A stretch of DNA of 63,409 nt, counting the filler, from Kipferlia bialata (Eukaryota), in assembly GCA_003568945.1 (NCBI GenBank). It is 4 parts of 4 records of this genome, joined end to end, with 100 filler letters (N's around TTAATTAATTAA, not from the genome) between each part and the next. Parts side by side here need not be neighbours in the genome. Positions count along the whole stretch, not along the records: positions 1 to 22,144 come from BDIP01000304.1; positions 22,245 to 44,296 come from BDIP01000307.1; 2 more parts are not named here. One strand, written 5' to 3'. Under the pieces are notes generated by a model. The model ran no database searches, was not told the origin of the DNA, and saw nothing but the letters and a program-made list of their open reading frames with translations. This document shows positions 13,341-27,223 of this stretch, piece after piece. Both the position numbers and the translations under genes were made by a program. The stretch's first letter is position 1; each line of letters begins with the position of its first letter.

Positions 13341-14765
13341 TTTTTTTTTTTCCCCCCCCCCCCCCCCCCCCCCCCCCCTCCTCACCCATGTCTGGCCTCC
13401 CAGTGTCACCCTTTGGTCGAGGTGTGTACTGAGTTCCGTAGCACGCACCCCCTGGCAGTGGGTACGGTGGGGTCCGTTGGCCAGCTGAGGGAGGGCCTCT
13501 TCACCCTCCTCCGTACTGCCCTCACCTCATCTGGCCTCCTGTCCCGTCTTGGGCCACCCAGCACTGCCAGTACCCACCGTGCCAGCCACTCCCAGGAGTG
13601 GTCAGGGCCTGGGGATGCAGCAGCGGCGCATGCATATGTTGTTGTGTCCTGTCTCTCCCCCCTCCCCCTCCGCCTGGCCCTTGTGCTGGCACTGACCCTT
13701 GACATTGGGGTGGGGGCTGTGACCCTGCTCTACAGAGAGGCCCTGGTGGCTGCCTCCATATCACACGCACAGCCGGCACACACACACACCCCATCCCCCC
13801 CGACCCAGCTGGTGCTGTGCCTGGACCCTTGTTGTCCCAAGCTGGTGCCGGTGGTGCATGGGACTGTGTACCTGCCTCTGGCTGTGGCAGGACAGGACAT
13901 GTTCCCCAGTCCCTCTGCCACTGCATCTGTCACTGCTGATTCCTCCAGTGCGGGTGGGTCTGCCGGGTCTCTCTCCCTAGGCTGTCTGTCCCCACCTGAT
14001 ACTGATTCAGTGGCCACAGGCACCACAGGCACAGACGCCCCCTCCCCAGACGCCTCTGTCTGTGCCAGTTCTGCCCTCTGGACAGGAGGCCACCACCTAG
14101 TCACCCCAGCCCCCACCTCCCCTCCACCCTCTCTGGCGGAGTGGGGTGCACGGGTATCCCAAGGGGTGGTGGACGCCCTGGATGCATGTGCGGTTGGCCT
14201 TCCCATCACAGCCCGGTCCACTGCGCCCCTCCCCGTACTGTGTATGGGCCCGTGCTCTACTGAGGCCCATGCCGCAGTGCAGCGGGTACTGATGGGGGAG
14301 GGGGCAGGGATCAGGAGGCGTCCCCAGCCTGTCGATACTGTCGATGCTGTCGATACTGTCGATTCCACCCCAGGTGGAGACCCCTCCGACCCCGCCCCCC
14401 TGCCCCCACCTCATGCCGCCCCTGTCCATCCCTATATATACCGCCCTGCCTATGCCGTCAGGTGCCTGGACGAGGGAGCAGGGTGGGTGTGTGCCGCCCT
14501 CTATGCCAGGGCATGTGCACTCCGGCATCAGGCCATAGGCACACTGCCACAGGGGTGGGAGGGGCCTCCGTCCGATAGGCGCCGCCCCCACTCCCATGTG
14601 CAGTATAGGACCCATGCCCAGACATCACATGATGACCAGAGACCCACTAGAGAGAGAGAGGGACGCATACAGAGGGGGCAGGTGGTGGAGTATGAGAGGG
14701 TGGGGCGGCTGAGGGCTCTATACGACCTCGTCAGGAGCGAAGGGGAGCGTCTACCCGTCCCGTGA
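12896..14765 (+). CDS. Divergent actin-related protein, Arp10/ACTR10-like
   Basis: Exon 1 is 12896-13112 (GTAAGG donor), with a possible micro-exon at 13241-13253 and a long exon to the stop at 14765. YVVVSCLSPLPLRLAL...AVTLL...LVLCLDPCCPKLVPVVHG, VVDALDAC and GWVCAALY follow the motif order of the actin fold as in ACTR10 (recalled, not searched). The junction across the homopolymer tract is unresolved. Confidence 0.45.
13305..13378. repeat. poly-C/poly-T homopolymer tract
   Basis: Direct reading; length likely unreliable. Confidence 0.85.
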
Positions 14766-15792
14766 TGATCTACTCTCTCTGGCCCAATGTGATACTGTGC
14801 CTTGTCACAGAGACATGTCACCACATGTGAGTGAGTGCATTCCTTGTATCTCTTATGTGACGGATACTGTCCCCTCCTAGGCCTGAGGGTATAGGTACTT
14901 ATCCTATATGCTAGGATGTGTGTGCTCCCATACCCATCTGGGTAACTGTTCAATGCCAATACCCCACTAGGGGGACTGGTGAGATGATAAGGATGATGAT
15001 AAGGAACCAGATGCAACTACTATGCGTTGGCCGGCATTGTGACCTTCTCTGGCAGTGTGACCTTTGGCCAATGGCTGGTGGAACCCCTATCCCCTCCCAC
15101 CTCTTGGTCCGGTATGAACATACCACAGTGACCACATGTCTGGTTGATGTAGGGGGTGATAGGTTCCGCCCTCTCTGTGGGATGCACGTATGGACATCTG
15201 TGTCTGTTGTCCCTACCAGAACGATCAGATGGGTCCGAGTTAGCATCTTTTCCATATATATGTGTGTATGTATCTGTGTTCAAGAGTACTTCATTGAGTC
15301 TCACCTGTATGAGCCGAGAGAATAGACAGAGAGACGGGACTCTATTAATTGGCAGGTCCACATTGTGTGTATCCTTGGGTCTGTCACAAGCCAGTCAATC
15401 CTACACTGGTAGTCACTCATTGTTCATGTTTCGAGTCACTGACAACTCGGCAGTGACAATCAAGATGAATCAATACAAGAGGATATATGTCAGAGGATAC
15501 ATAGGTTGCAGGGTGTCACGTTACACTGCCATAGAAACAGACCACATACATAATCTACATCTAGCGGTACCACTTCTAGAACATCAACCGCAGAGGTACC
15601 AATAATAATAATAATAACTAGAATAGATTCGATCGTCTCATCTCCCACAAAATCAATGTCTGGGGTAACACTCTGTCATCATGACATGACAGAGGGTAGG
15701 CTTACTACGACCACTGGTCGGACATCCACTATTAATGGGATGATACTGTCATCTTTATAGTCCAAGTACCATTCCCAGATCTATATATCACA

Positions 15793-18700
15793 TTATGCAT
15801 AGCCTGACAGCTCAGGCACACTGGCCACTCCGCCCGGGTGAGGAGTCTTCTCCTGCCCCTCCGGCATCAAAGGCATGGGAACGATGGTTGGCGGCATAAC
15901 AAGACCATCCAGGGGCACCAGCACGCCTCCTGGTAGCACCTGGCGGCATGCAGCCTGGGGATCGGTCACACACCCATCCCATTCCCCACTCTCCTCATCG
16001 CATGACTCCACCGCTATCACCTCAACATCCTCCGAACTCGACTCTTCATCTTCTAAGAAGAGCTTTTCACAACCCCAACAGCACACAAAGAGTAGGACAC
16101 TCGCTCCACATACACCCGCCGCTATCACAGGCAGAGTCAACACCGTGTCAGGTGAGGCTGGCGTCGGCTCTGGCTCTGGCTCTGGCTCTGGCTCCGGTTC
16201 AGCCTCTGGCTCGGCCCAGTCTGGATCAGTAACTGCTCCCCCCCAGGCAGGAAGAAGGGACGTCTCTGCGCTGGAAGAGTACCTGGACTGCGGAATCGTG
16301 TAGGAGACCGAGTATGACAGGGTATTGCTGGTGGCGCCTGTTGAGCCGGGTGAGGTCCCCACCAGAACGTACTCTGAGCTGACATCATCAAAGTGAGACA
16401 CTGGGACGTCCCAGGCGGCATCCGGGTCGTTGGCAGGATCTGGATCTGACTCTGCCTTGGACGTTGTATACTCGGCACTTGAGTGGCCAATGCTGAAAAC
16501 AGGGGAGAGATCGACCGGAATGATCACACCTTGCACGTCGTAAAGGCCGACTCGGGCCTCGTATGCCTCTCCCACACGCGTTGGCAGGCCGGAGACCGTA
16601 GAGCGGGAGGCGTCTAGTGAAATGGGGGTTGAATCAGGCCCCGCAGTAATCAATGCGCTAGAGACGTCAATGGAGTCACATGCAGAAACACCTTCTGCTG
16701 TGGCACAGACCGAGTAGACTCCAGCTGAAGTGAGCATCATGTCACTGACGGACACCTGGGTCTCTACGAACGCAGTACCGTCAGCACTGAACAGTGACAC
16801 ACCGTCAGCACCTGCTATGCTGTACGACACCTCAATCGGGTCCCTGAAGCCGAGTTGCGAACCACATCCAGAAGCAGCAACTTGCGTTTCTACACGAATT
16901 GCTCCTGTGGCCCCGAGCACCAATGGCTCTTCGGGCAGGGTCACGTACAGAGACACCTCTCCGACAGAGGGGACGAGGGAGAACGGAGTCGTCTGGAGGC
17001 GAACCCAACTCACTTGATCGCTCAACAGGCTGAACTCCACACGCCATTCAAAACCTTCTTCCTCTCCGAACCCCACCCGTTGGGATCCAATACTAGTGAC
17101 TTGTGACTCGTCAATGGAATACATCCCTGGGCCATTGGTTGACAAGAGGTAACTCGCATCCTCTGATGCCGAGGCCACGTTCCAAAGCCCAAGCTTTAGC
17201 CTCCCGCCCTTTGAGAGGTCCGCTAAGAACACCGCACCGTCTGGGTCCATGACGGACACGGAAGGTATCAGGTCAGAGCAGTAGGAATATGGGTCTCCAC
17301 CGGCTGTCACAGTGATGTGTAGGGGGGGAAGGGATATGTTGGTGGTCCCCGTCAGAACCTGGGTCCCCTCTAAGCTCACTGCCACTGTGCTGTTCTGATA
17401 CTCGAGGGCTGTACCGTCTAGTATGTAGGAGAACGAATCCGCGTCCCAAGTACTCGGGGTCTCTGTGTCGTCCAGACTGACCACCAGAGACTCAAGTGGA
17501 AATGGCACAACAGCAGAGGCGTAGTCAGCTAGTGTCACGGATATGGGGTATGGATCCCCTAGCACAGTGTCAAGCGCAGTCAGCGTGCAAGAGGCTGAGT
17601 CGACACCATGAGTGGTACCATTGGGATCCGCTACTACCCATTCGTGTCCTGAGAGGGATAGCGGAGCCGGAAGGGTGCCACAGTGCTGTGGATACTTACT
17701 GGCAGTGTCAGCTGAACAGGAGACGGACAGGGTGACTGGCCCCGCTGAGAGTACTGTCGCACTTGAGCAGTATCCAGATTCTGTGTCATACCCTACCACA
17801 GGATCGATGGACATGGCTTCTGCAGGGACAGCGGAGAGAAGGAAGTCGAGAGGGTCAGTGGCACTGCTGTATACATTTCCACAGTGCGTTAGGGGCAGCA
17901 GTGTAATGGTACTGCTCTCCCCTACCACGCGATGGGAGTCCTCCAGCCCCTCAGCACCTGTTGGTGTGGTCGGGTCCCACTCTTCCTCGAATGTGATGCT
18001 AGACGTCAGTAGCACCTTCGAGGAAGTGTAGACCTCATACTCAACGGACAACGCATCAATGGCTGGGACTATTCCCTCATATTGACATGTCTCCGCGTCG
18101 AACACTAGGGTAGTAGACGGTACAACTCCATCCGCCACAGACCTAAGCCTGAGACCGGCGACTTCCTCGCACACTCTGTCATCTCTCTCTCCTTGCAGCT
18201 GGTAGACCACGATGGGATTAGGAGCACACCTAACACCAGTTCTCATGACCGCATGAGTGGCAATAGGACCCCCTACATTTACCTCTCTTGAGAGGAATCC
18301 TATTCCGTCGTATATCCAGATGTCGTGGCTTGAACTCCCTACATTGAGTGTCATGGTGAAGCTGCAGGGGTATGTCTGTTGAGTCAGTGTGGTCGTCCAC
18401 GCATCCACCCCCTTAGTGAGCCTCTGAGTATACCCATCCCGCCACACTACGACGACGTAGACTGCTTCACCCAGGTCAGCCGAGACGTTGACTCCATCTA
18501 AGTCTCTGAGTACCACCTTCAGGCTGACTGTTCCATCCTCAGCAGACGTCGGCAGCCCCTCAATAGTGGAGAGTGTCTGTGATATGACATGGCTACCGAC
18601 CTTGGTGGCCCCCACGGAGAGTGTCCGGGAGCCCGCGAGAGGGTCACCACTGCCAATACCGACAACATACGACAAGTCGTACACACCTTCGTCAAACGAC

Positions 18701-21700
18701 AGCTCTTGGGTGTATGGATAGGACCCGCCAAAAGACAGATCGTACACGGTTTCACTTGAGACATCAGTAACAAGCAGGGTCGCGGTGTAGGCGAAGACAG
18801 GGTTACGACACCAGTCCACGGCAGCGATCTGCCACTCCCTTGGGGTACCAGGTCTGACAAACCAGTGGCCGAAATTGACGAAGTTCCGATACCACTCTTG
18901 TTCCAGCGTGATTACGTCACTTCGCCCCACCTCCTCCCCATAGAGCCGGACAGAAAGATAGTGGGGACCAGGAGTCAGAGGGGGCTTCACCGACCAATAC
19001 GTGTACGTTGCGGAGGAGAAAGACGTAGTGTATTCAGTCACGACCTCGTTCTCTCCGTCGTCCCAGTGCAGACTCATCTGGGAACGATACGAATCGGTTA
19101 CTGGCCCGGACTCATTGAGAAGTGAGAACTTGACGTCTGCATTTCTGCAGAGGTCGGTGTGACGAAGCTCCTGGAACTCCACCGAAGGGGCCGATGTCTC
19201 CCTCGTCGCTTGCCATACCACCACACCCTCCACAGAGAGGGCAAACTCGTAGGTAGTAGGCTCGGCTGGGGAACTCAGACTGAAGGTGTACTTAGTGGGA
19301 GTAGACGAGGAATCGAACACCACTGGAACCACCTCGTTGTCAACAGTCAGCACAGGGCCTAGGTCTGGGAGGGCATCGTAGGAGTAGAGGCTCGACCGGA
19401 CTGGAGAGAGAGCCACGGAGCATTCCACAGACTCTGAGAGGAAGTTGGGGAGCCCACTGGCGATACTCTCTTCGGCGTCGACGTTGTAGCTCTTATCGTC
19501 TCCAGGGACGGTGACCCTAATTGTAGGGACGTCCAAGTACATCCTCTTGTCAAGAGACCGGTACGTGGCTCGCACGTAGTATCGACCGGAGACATCAGTG
19601 GTCAGAGTCACCTCGTGGCCGTTAGACACCATGCCAGTCCCTTCGCTGTGGAGAGAGTAGCCTGACCCATCCCGCCTGAGAAGGTCGAAGTAGACCAGGC
19701 TATTCTGAAGGAGATTCCCACAGAGGTTAAGGATCGGCATGGATACGGCAAAAGGGGTCCCTACGACGGCATCGTCAGGCACCACTAGGGTCAGAGGTTC
19801 CTCGGACTGTGAGTGTGACACTCTAAACAGGGAAGACTCCAGGACATGGGACTTGTACTGCACCTAAGGTCAGACGGGCAACAGTGGGGTGACACATATA
19901 TACATATATATCCACAGGTGGTATACCGTGCACAGATACAGGTATGTCTGGTATATATTTGTATTCAGAAACATATTCATACGAATTTGTGTATCTCAGA
20001 CTGTGATACAGATGGAAATGGGAATGGATACCTCAATACGTAGACTGGATATTGACCCCGCCGGTGTAACCAGGTCAACAGAGTAGCGAGAGTCACTACC
20101 GAAGGACAGCCCTGTCTGCTCTACCAGAGGCTGGCTTTCAGTGTTGTAGCCCCCTATGTACACGGTCAGATCTTTAGAGTGAGAAGCAGAACTCAAAGAG
20201 GCTCACGTCAGGTGACATTACATGTACACACAAATTCTAGTGGTACCAGAGTTACACTCCTCTCTCTCTATATAGTCAACTCACCCTCTGACAGATCAGT
20301 CTCATAGACGTCACCATTGTGCTTCACGTAGAACGACACGTTATCCATGGTCTGACAATACGACTGCAGCTGGTATGGTGGTAGCCCAACGCACAACTGG
20401 AAATCTGGTACATCCCAATAGACTATCTTACCCACTTTCTGAAGTCAACGATGAGAACTTGTCGTATCCAATACGCAAACAGTAAGATGTCTTGGAACTA
20501 TTACTGTCAGAGTGCTTGCTAGAGAGGTCCTTCAGGTACCTTATGGATGTTGCTAAGATTGTACACGTCTGGGTACCCCTGGTAGAGAGTGCTGCCGCTC
20601 AAGGTCATGTAGGAGGACCTTCCGACCTTGTACTCGGAGGTGTCCATCTGGAAGACAGAGGCGTGTTCCCACTCGGCGGCAGGGAGGGGGGAGAGGCGGA
20701 AGATAGACACAGGAGGGTCTTCCGGGTAACCGTACCCTTGGTACTGGCCCCCACTAGATATGGCCAAGGTATTGTTGGCCAGGGCTATCCGCTTCCCCCA
20801 GTACTTGCCGTAGGTGTGAGTGCTGACCTGGAGTGTGGTAGAGAGGGCCCAGACCCCCTCAGCGTCAGACGAGTAGATGTGGACAGAGGCAGACGAGGAG
20901 TCGGAGAAGGTACCCATCTGAACATGAGAAACAGTTTCAGCATATGTGAGAAGAACACCCTCTTGACACAGGCCACAGAGAGACATACGGTTGAGGTCAG
21001 AAACCAAAGCGTGGCACACTTACTTGGTTGATGGCCACCGTCCCGTGTTGTCCCGTCCGCAGGTCGAGGGCCAGACTCTTTCCAAAGGATGTGTCTCCTG
21101 CTGACCCACTCCCCTCAGGTCTAGACAGTCGCTGACTAGGGGGCAGGTCTTGCCACCCCGCCACTCTCAGGTCATACACCAGCACTTCCCCAGCTGAGGT
21201 GCCGATCTGGTGGGTGAGGCAGACACACCGGCAGAAGGAGAGTGGAGAGAGGGAAATGCACGCGCAGCTGGTACTAGAGCATGCTCTGTGAGGATGCACA
21301 CCATATGTCCGGGACTGTACGTACCATCATGATTCCAGTATCTGCCTGAATGAGGGTTGGAGTGAAGGAGTATGAGAACTCCACTCCGTCCCCCCACGTC
21401 CCATCCGTCTGGTCCCTCACATGCACCGTCACTGAGTCACACCAAGAGTTCCCATCCCCAGGGCAGTAACCCATGACTACAAGGGTGTCCCCCCCTAGCC
21501 AGAGGCTGTGCCCGTACTGGGTCAGAACAGAGAGAGAGGGAGACTGAGAGTGACTCTCTCAGAGAGAGAGAGAGAGTGTGTCATAGGGGGGAGATCACAC
21601 AGGTTGTGGAGAGGAAGATACTAAGGGCGGGGGAGGGGTGAATTCAAAGGATGTCAGTGGGGATTGAACCGCACCTCAGCTTCTTCAGTGAGGGTCGGAG

Positions 21701-22144
21701 GCACTAGCACCGTGTGTGGGACAAACATATCTGTGAGGGGGTATGTCCAGTCGTCAGGGTGGGTGAAGAGGTGTACTTCCCCTGTCATAGCGAGGCCGCC
21801 ATGTCCGGCCGATGGCGCACCCACTGGCTAGTCAGGAGGGGCCTAGACGAGGTAAACACAATATGAAAGAATGGTGGTGATCAATGCGTGTAGATGTAGA
21901 AAACCCCATACCGGCCATTGTGTGGCCAGAAACGGCCACAGACTGGCCAAATCTGACCAAGTTGGCGGTGGTAGGGCTAGTGACGTCACTGCGGTCGGGT
22001 GGATGAAGTGAGTCGCTCCTGTAGTAGTCTCGATGGTACACACGCACGGTGTCTGCCATAGGGAACCCCACCACCAGCCATGGACCGTCTGCTGCCATCT
22101 CCCGGCCCATGTAGGTGCAGTCACCATCGCCAAAGTTGGAATAG
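15793..22144 (-). CDS. Large single-pass cell-surface protein: FG-GAP-like propeller repeats, beta-rich (Ig-like) stalk, PE repeat, TM helix; 5' truncated at the scaffold end
   Basis: The terminal exon 15793-19863 (acceptor ctgaccttag) has PEPEPEPEP then VLTLPVIAAGVCGASVLLFVCCWGC (TM) and an acidic tail. Upstream exons (e.g. 20032-20171, 20285-~20918) and 5' exons carry MGREMAADGPWLVVG, RFGQSVAVSG, YGHSLWLGGDTLVV, SFGKSLAL and YWGKRIALANNTLAIS, which are FG.S(V/L)A repeats. Confidence 0.8.
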
Positions 22145-22244
22145 NNNNNNNNNNNNNNNNNNNNNNNNNNNNNNNNNNNNNNNNNNNNTTAATTAATTAA
22201 NNNNNNNNNNNNNNNNNNNNNNNNNNNNNNNNNNNNNNNNNNNN
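22145..22244. other. Artificial contig-joining linker N44-TTAATTAATTAA-N44
   Basis: TTAATTAATTAA at 22189-22200 gives stops in all six frames and is flanked by 44 N on each side. Confidence 0.95.
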
Positions 22245-22396
22245 ATGTCCTCAAACAGATTGACCCCCCCCCCCCCCCCAACTTCACTATTGTATTGTTT
22301 AGTACTTTTTCTACATGCATATGTTTAGTACACACAAGTAAGTTGACCCAGTGGTGTATCCTCCACTCTGTCCCCCTTTCTGACAGTGCTCTCTAG

Positions 22397-22908
22397 ATAC
22401 GTGGTGGTGTTCCCTTTCCTGGCCATTCTGCAGGGGTTCAGAGGTAATGTATCAGAGTTTTACATGCACTTGTAAAGCGTTAGCATGATCTCAATGTGTT
22501 GATAACAACTGGTTTCCATTCCTGGTCGTACTGCAAGAGCTCAGAGGTAAGTCATTGTGAATTATAGTAGCATCCATGTATATAAAGTGATTTGGTATTC
22601 CTCTTTGGGTATATAAAGAAATGCATATATAACCTTTCATACTATTTCTGCGTTATAGTATAGAGAATAAGATTATTGTCTCTAACATGCCAGGCACTCT
22701 CTTTGCCCACTTGAACCAGTGGATCAGAGGCCAGGACCTCCACTTCATGTGGATGCAGACGGTGAAGTCAGGTAGACATATGTATATATATGTATATATG
22801 TATAGAGAGAGAGAGATATATATATAGAGAGACAGAGAGAGAGAGATGGCCTCCACTTCATGTGGATGCAGACAGTGAACTCAGGTAAATACACTATATA
22901 TATATAAT

Positions 22909-22952
<44 letters not shown>

Positions 22953-24569
22953 ACCTTCATGTGGATGCAGACAGTGAAGTCAGGTATGGTGTGTATGGGG
23001 AGAGATTAGAACATTAATGTATGAACATTGTATGGTGTGTATGGGGAGAGATTAGAACATTTATGTATGAACATTGTTTGATAATGTATTAAGACTATTC
23101 AGATAGTGAGGTGAGGTGTATGTCTGTAGTATTTACTAGAAACTGACCCTAGGTCCCATGAATGCGTGTGGTCTCTTCTACCTCATTGCATGTCCCATAC
23201 TCCTGTGTCTGGGTATATACCACCACATACGTGTACACAGGCACTCTACCAAGCCAGGGGTGGAGGCAGTCGTACTCTCTCCCAGTGCTAAGCAGATAGC
23301 TGCATATGTACCTCTTGAGGAGAACAATGCTGTGCAGTATATGACTGGTGATGCGAGTTGCAAGACATCACTCGATTGTGGCAAGGCAGAGAGAGAGGCA
23401 GAGTCTCTCAACAGGGTGGCCATGATACTATCCGTGATTGGCATGCTGATATGTCTGCCAACAAAGAGTGTTCAGGTACATATTCCATGTATATTGATAG
23501 GGCATTTAGAGAATCTACCATTGGTTACGCATATATGTATATATGTATATATATACTTCCTAACACATGTGTGTCTGCCAACAAGGAGTGTTCAGGTATA
23601 CATGGCCTCCATAGTATATTGTGTAACTGTACATTCCATGAAGGCACTAATAGCTCAGATATATATCACTTCTCGCATTGGTGTGCCTGACATTGACTCC
23701 ATCAACATATCCATCAACATGTATACCTTATAGTCATATGTATTCTAACATTCCTTATGTACCAGATCTATATCTGCGACCGTCTTGGTGTGCCTGACAT
23801 TCACTCCATCAACTATACATTTNNNNNNNNNNNNNNNNNNNNNNNNNNNNNNNNNNNNNNNNNNNNNNNNNNNNNNNNNNNNNNNNNNNNNNNNNNNNNA
23901 TAGAATTCCTAATTGCAGAGCTATATCTGCGACCGTCTTGGTGTGCCTGACATTGACTCCATCAACAACCTGGCAGACAGCCTGGGGTCAGCAATTCGGT
24001 TAACGGGGTATGTGTCTTGTGTATGATTCCCATCATGAACATACAGCGTTTGAGTGTATACATCATGTATGCTATCGTATTGTATTCAATCACTATGCGA
24101 GTTTGTACTTCCCCATCAGGTGGGAGCTCCTAGGTGGTGACAATTCTGGGATGTTTCCCTTCCTCACTTCGGCCCTCATAGGTAGTATCGCCTTAGACAT
24201 AAATATTAAGACATTTGTATTAACTACCCAATATTTATACATACTATATATTATAGATGGATATTGATGTCAGGTCTTGCCTGGGGACTGAGACTCCGTG
24301 CCACTTCAACCATGTCTAGCATACTCTCTATGGTGGATGCCAGTCAACAGCTAGAGCTAGCAGATGACGTCCCTGTAGATACATCAGTTCCCCCCTCTAA
24401 GGTGTCTCTCTCCCTCCCTCTGTCTGCGGCTAGGGTAGAGTGGAGGTGGGGTCTCTTATACACTGGGTGGGGACTGGTTGTCTGGATCTGCCAGATGGTG
24501 GTGTATGGGGTCAAGGAGCAGATACAATCAGATATCGAGGCAGAAGGTAGTATCAAGATTCAAAAGTAG
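22397..24569 (+). CDS. Multi-exon polytopic membrane protein (3' part)
   Basis: Hydrophobic exons: ALFAHLNQWIRGQDLHFMWMQTVKS, GLFYLIACPILLCLGIY, RVAMILSVIGMLICL, GMFPFLTSALIG and WGLLYTGWGLVVWICQMVVYG...IQK*. Introns are GT-AG. Family not established. Confidence 0.55.
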
Positions 24570-26189
24570 TTCACTCTCCAAATTGAAAGTGAGGTAATTC
24601 TTCTATTGCTAAGTCCAGGTGCCGGTGCCACCATCCTGCAGACTGGCATCCAAATACTGGGACTGACCTTCATATACAAGACAATGGACAATGTGAAGGT
24701 ATAGTAAAAAAACATATGTAGTGTAGTCTGGGGTGACTGGAGTAAATGTGTATTCATTGACATTCAGGACCTGTCCAACTTGTCCGCTGGTACACCATGA
24801 GTACATATTAAGCATTCATATTGAGTGCATACAACTCTCTATTACTTCTGACTTTAACTATAGGACCTGTCTAAGCTTGTCCGCTGGTCCATGCACCTCA
24901 GGGTGTGGAGCACATACTCATGCACAGTATACGTACTCAACTACGTGATTCCATTCCCACTGCGGGTACTGACGTCGAAGATCAGGTGGGATACTTGAAT
25001 TGTCTAATGAAATGTCTTTCCATGTCTATCAATTGTTGTACATTACCTTGTGTTTCTGATGCCAGTGATCAGTGTTCCTTTATTGAGAGGGAGTCCTGTC
25101 ACGTGTACCCACTGATACTGCTCCAGACAGGGCTCTCAGCAGGTATGCTTTTACTCCTTTGACACTTCTCTTATTGGAGAGGTCTTGTTGGAATGGTGTA
25201 GTACCATATCACATATATAGCTATTTTCAGTGATCTGACTGTCAGTATGCTGGCACCTGGCCCTGCTCCTGTGGGACAGAGTAGGGGGAGTCCTCTCTCT
25301 GGACTGGTGTCTCTCGACCATAGGGAGGGGGGTGTTTGCTATAGCAGGTAAGTGTAGTTACATCCGGATACATGTATCCTTTCTCCTTAATGGGGTACGT
25401 TACACTAACACTCAGGTTCAAAGAAGTTTGTGTGGCCCAATATGAGCCGGAACCATAGAGATATTGAGCCAGTGTGCCCGTGGAGGGATACAGAGTATGT
25501 GGATACCGATGGACAGGAGAGAGTGTAGTATTTAGTTGGTCACCTTCTGGCAAATAATAGATCGTCAATAGTGATATACAGTCCAAACTGGAAGATCCGT
25601 TGATTACCAGAGATTCATTGTAATTCGATGTCCAAGTCATATGTACAGTAATAGATAACGGCCAGAGAACAGAACAGTCTCATCATGAGACTCTTATGTG
25701 TTTTATGTTGAGAACCTCAACCCAAAGAAATATACCCTTGGGAAAAATTCACCCTCATGTCCTAACCGGTAAAGACCCGACAGTATGTCTTGTTCCCTCC
25801 ACACACTTCGAGCCATTGCTTTCATACTCGTGGGATGCCCAGACTGAGTGTCTCCCATGTGAGTCTGCAGCACATGCCTGCATTCCCAAGGGCATGCACA
25901 CGCATAGCAGACAACCAGGTACAGACATAAGTCATGCTATGACACGACAAATAAATTAATATGTGTACCACAGTAGCATCTGTTATGCTCTAGGGCTGCC
26001 ATGGAACTAGAGTGTATTATCTATATGTATCAGACAACCAGGTATAGAGCCTATAATAGACCTTACCTGAGACTCTCTTAACACAGCACGTGTCACGCCT
26101 ATTCACTGTAGAGACACTATCACTTTAGCATTGTGTGTCTTGTACCTATACCCTAGTAAGTGTATACGACATTGATATACTGACTCTAG

Positions 26190-27077
26190 ATACTATTCCT
26201 CGGCTGGCACACCTTAGACTTGGACCCTGTGTATTTGATAGTCACTCGTCTTAGTGACGGTACCTTTGAGGAGGAAGTGGTACCCTGTCCCATCCGAGAG
26301 AAATTGGAGGATCCCAGACTTGTAGCTATCCAAGGGTGTGTCTATGTCTGGGGAGTAAGACAGGTTGGTTCCAGACTAAGAGGACACTTGTTACCGTGTC
26401 TCTGGTCGCTCTTTCTCGACACCTATGACTGGGAAGAGATAACAGTCCCCGGAGACATGTTTACACGTGAAGACACTGACATAAGATGGGCACGGATTTG
26501 CTCTGTATTTGCTTTTGGCCAGTCACTGTACATCTACAGCCCCTTTGGCATGAAGCCCATGTGGGGGCTAGATACGGATACTCGTGAGTGGCGGCGACCA
26601 CTATGTCCGACTAACCCACGTGGTTATGTGCGTTTGGTCTGTGACGTGCCAACACTGATGACTAGTGGGAAGGAAGGTACTTTTCAGTACCAAGAGAAGC
26701 ATTAGTGGATTCAGTCTGGGACCCAACTGAGCGGTTTTCTGGTTGGTGTCACCCAGGCAACGGTATGTATAGACAGAGTCCTGCTACTAGGGCACGTTGG
26801 GTGGTGTTCCCACATCAGAAATCTTGTCCTCCACCTCTCTGTCTATGACCAAGTCTCTGGTGAGTAGTCCTTGGCCAGTCGTCCACTGCTTGAGGTGTCA
26901 GAGTTCTTGACACAGACATGTCTGATTGGACCTCATACTGCCATAGCAGTTGCCAGAAGGCAGTTCAGCTCTGGTAGATGTGTTGTAGCAGTGGATATTG
27001 ACATGGATGATGAGAGTGAGGAGTGGACTGGAGAGATTGGTGAGGGGGTGGACACCAGTCTGGTCGAGCTGCCTTGA
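26190..27077 (+). pseudogene. Kelch-like beta-propeller pseudogene with two in-frame TAG stops
   Basis: ORFs 26220-26705 and 26871-27077 share a frame and the interval between them translates openly. TAG lies at 26703-26705 and 26865-26867; the second falls in YDQVSGE*, where W is expected. Motifs VYVWG, LDTYDWEE and LDTDTREW are present. Confidence 0.65.
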
Positions 27078-27223
27078 TCAACGGGAAGCGGATTGATCTA
27101 GAACACGATATAGATATAGCCAGTATAGGATCACTGTCCGAGTGGATTTGGACACAGTATACTTCTATACGAGTCATGATCAAAAGTAATGTATCTCGAT
27201 CCGTTCCAAATCTTCCACTTCAT

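Noticed and set aside
13281..13403. Poly-proline N-terminus suggesting a formin or WASP protein
   Set aside because: It comes from a poly-C/poly-T homopolymer that is probably intronic or of unreliable length.
22145..22244. TTAATTAATTAA palindrome (also 44341 and 58516) as a biological element
   Set aside because: An identical 100-nt N-flanked six-frame-stop spacer used to concatenate contigs; gene neighbourhoods across it are meaningless.
24120..24360. Lactate-permease (LctP) assignment for the membrane protein
   Set aside because: Only a faint resemblance; the conserved GS.T.SN motif is absent and a profile search would be needed.
26703..26867. TAR-to-Gln alternative genetic code (as in hexamitid diplomonads)
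   Set aside because: Long ORFs (1356 aa, 575 aa) have no internal TAR, TAA and TAG terminate several genes, and one TAG sits at an expected Trp.
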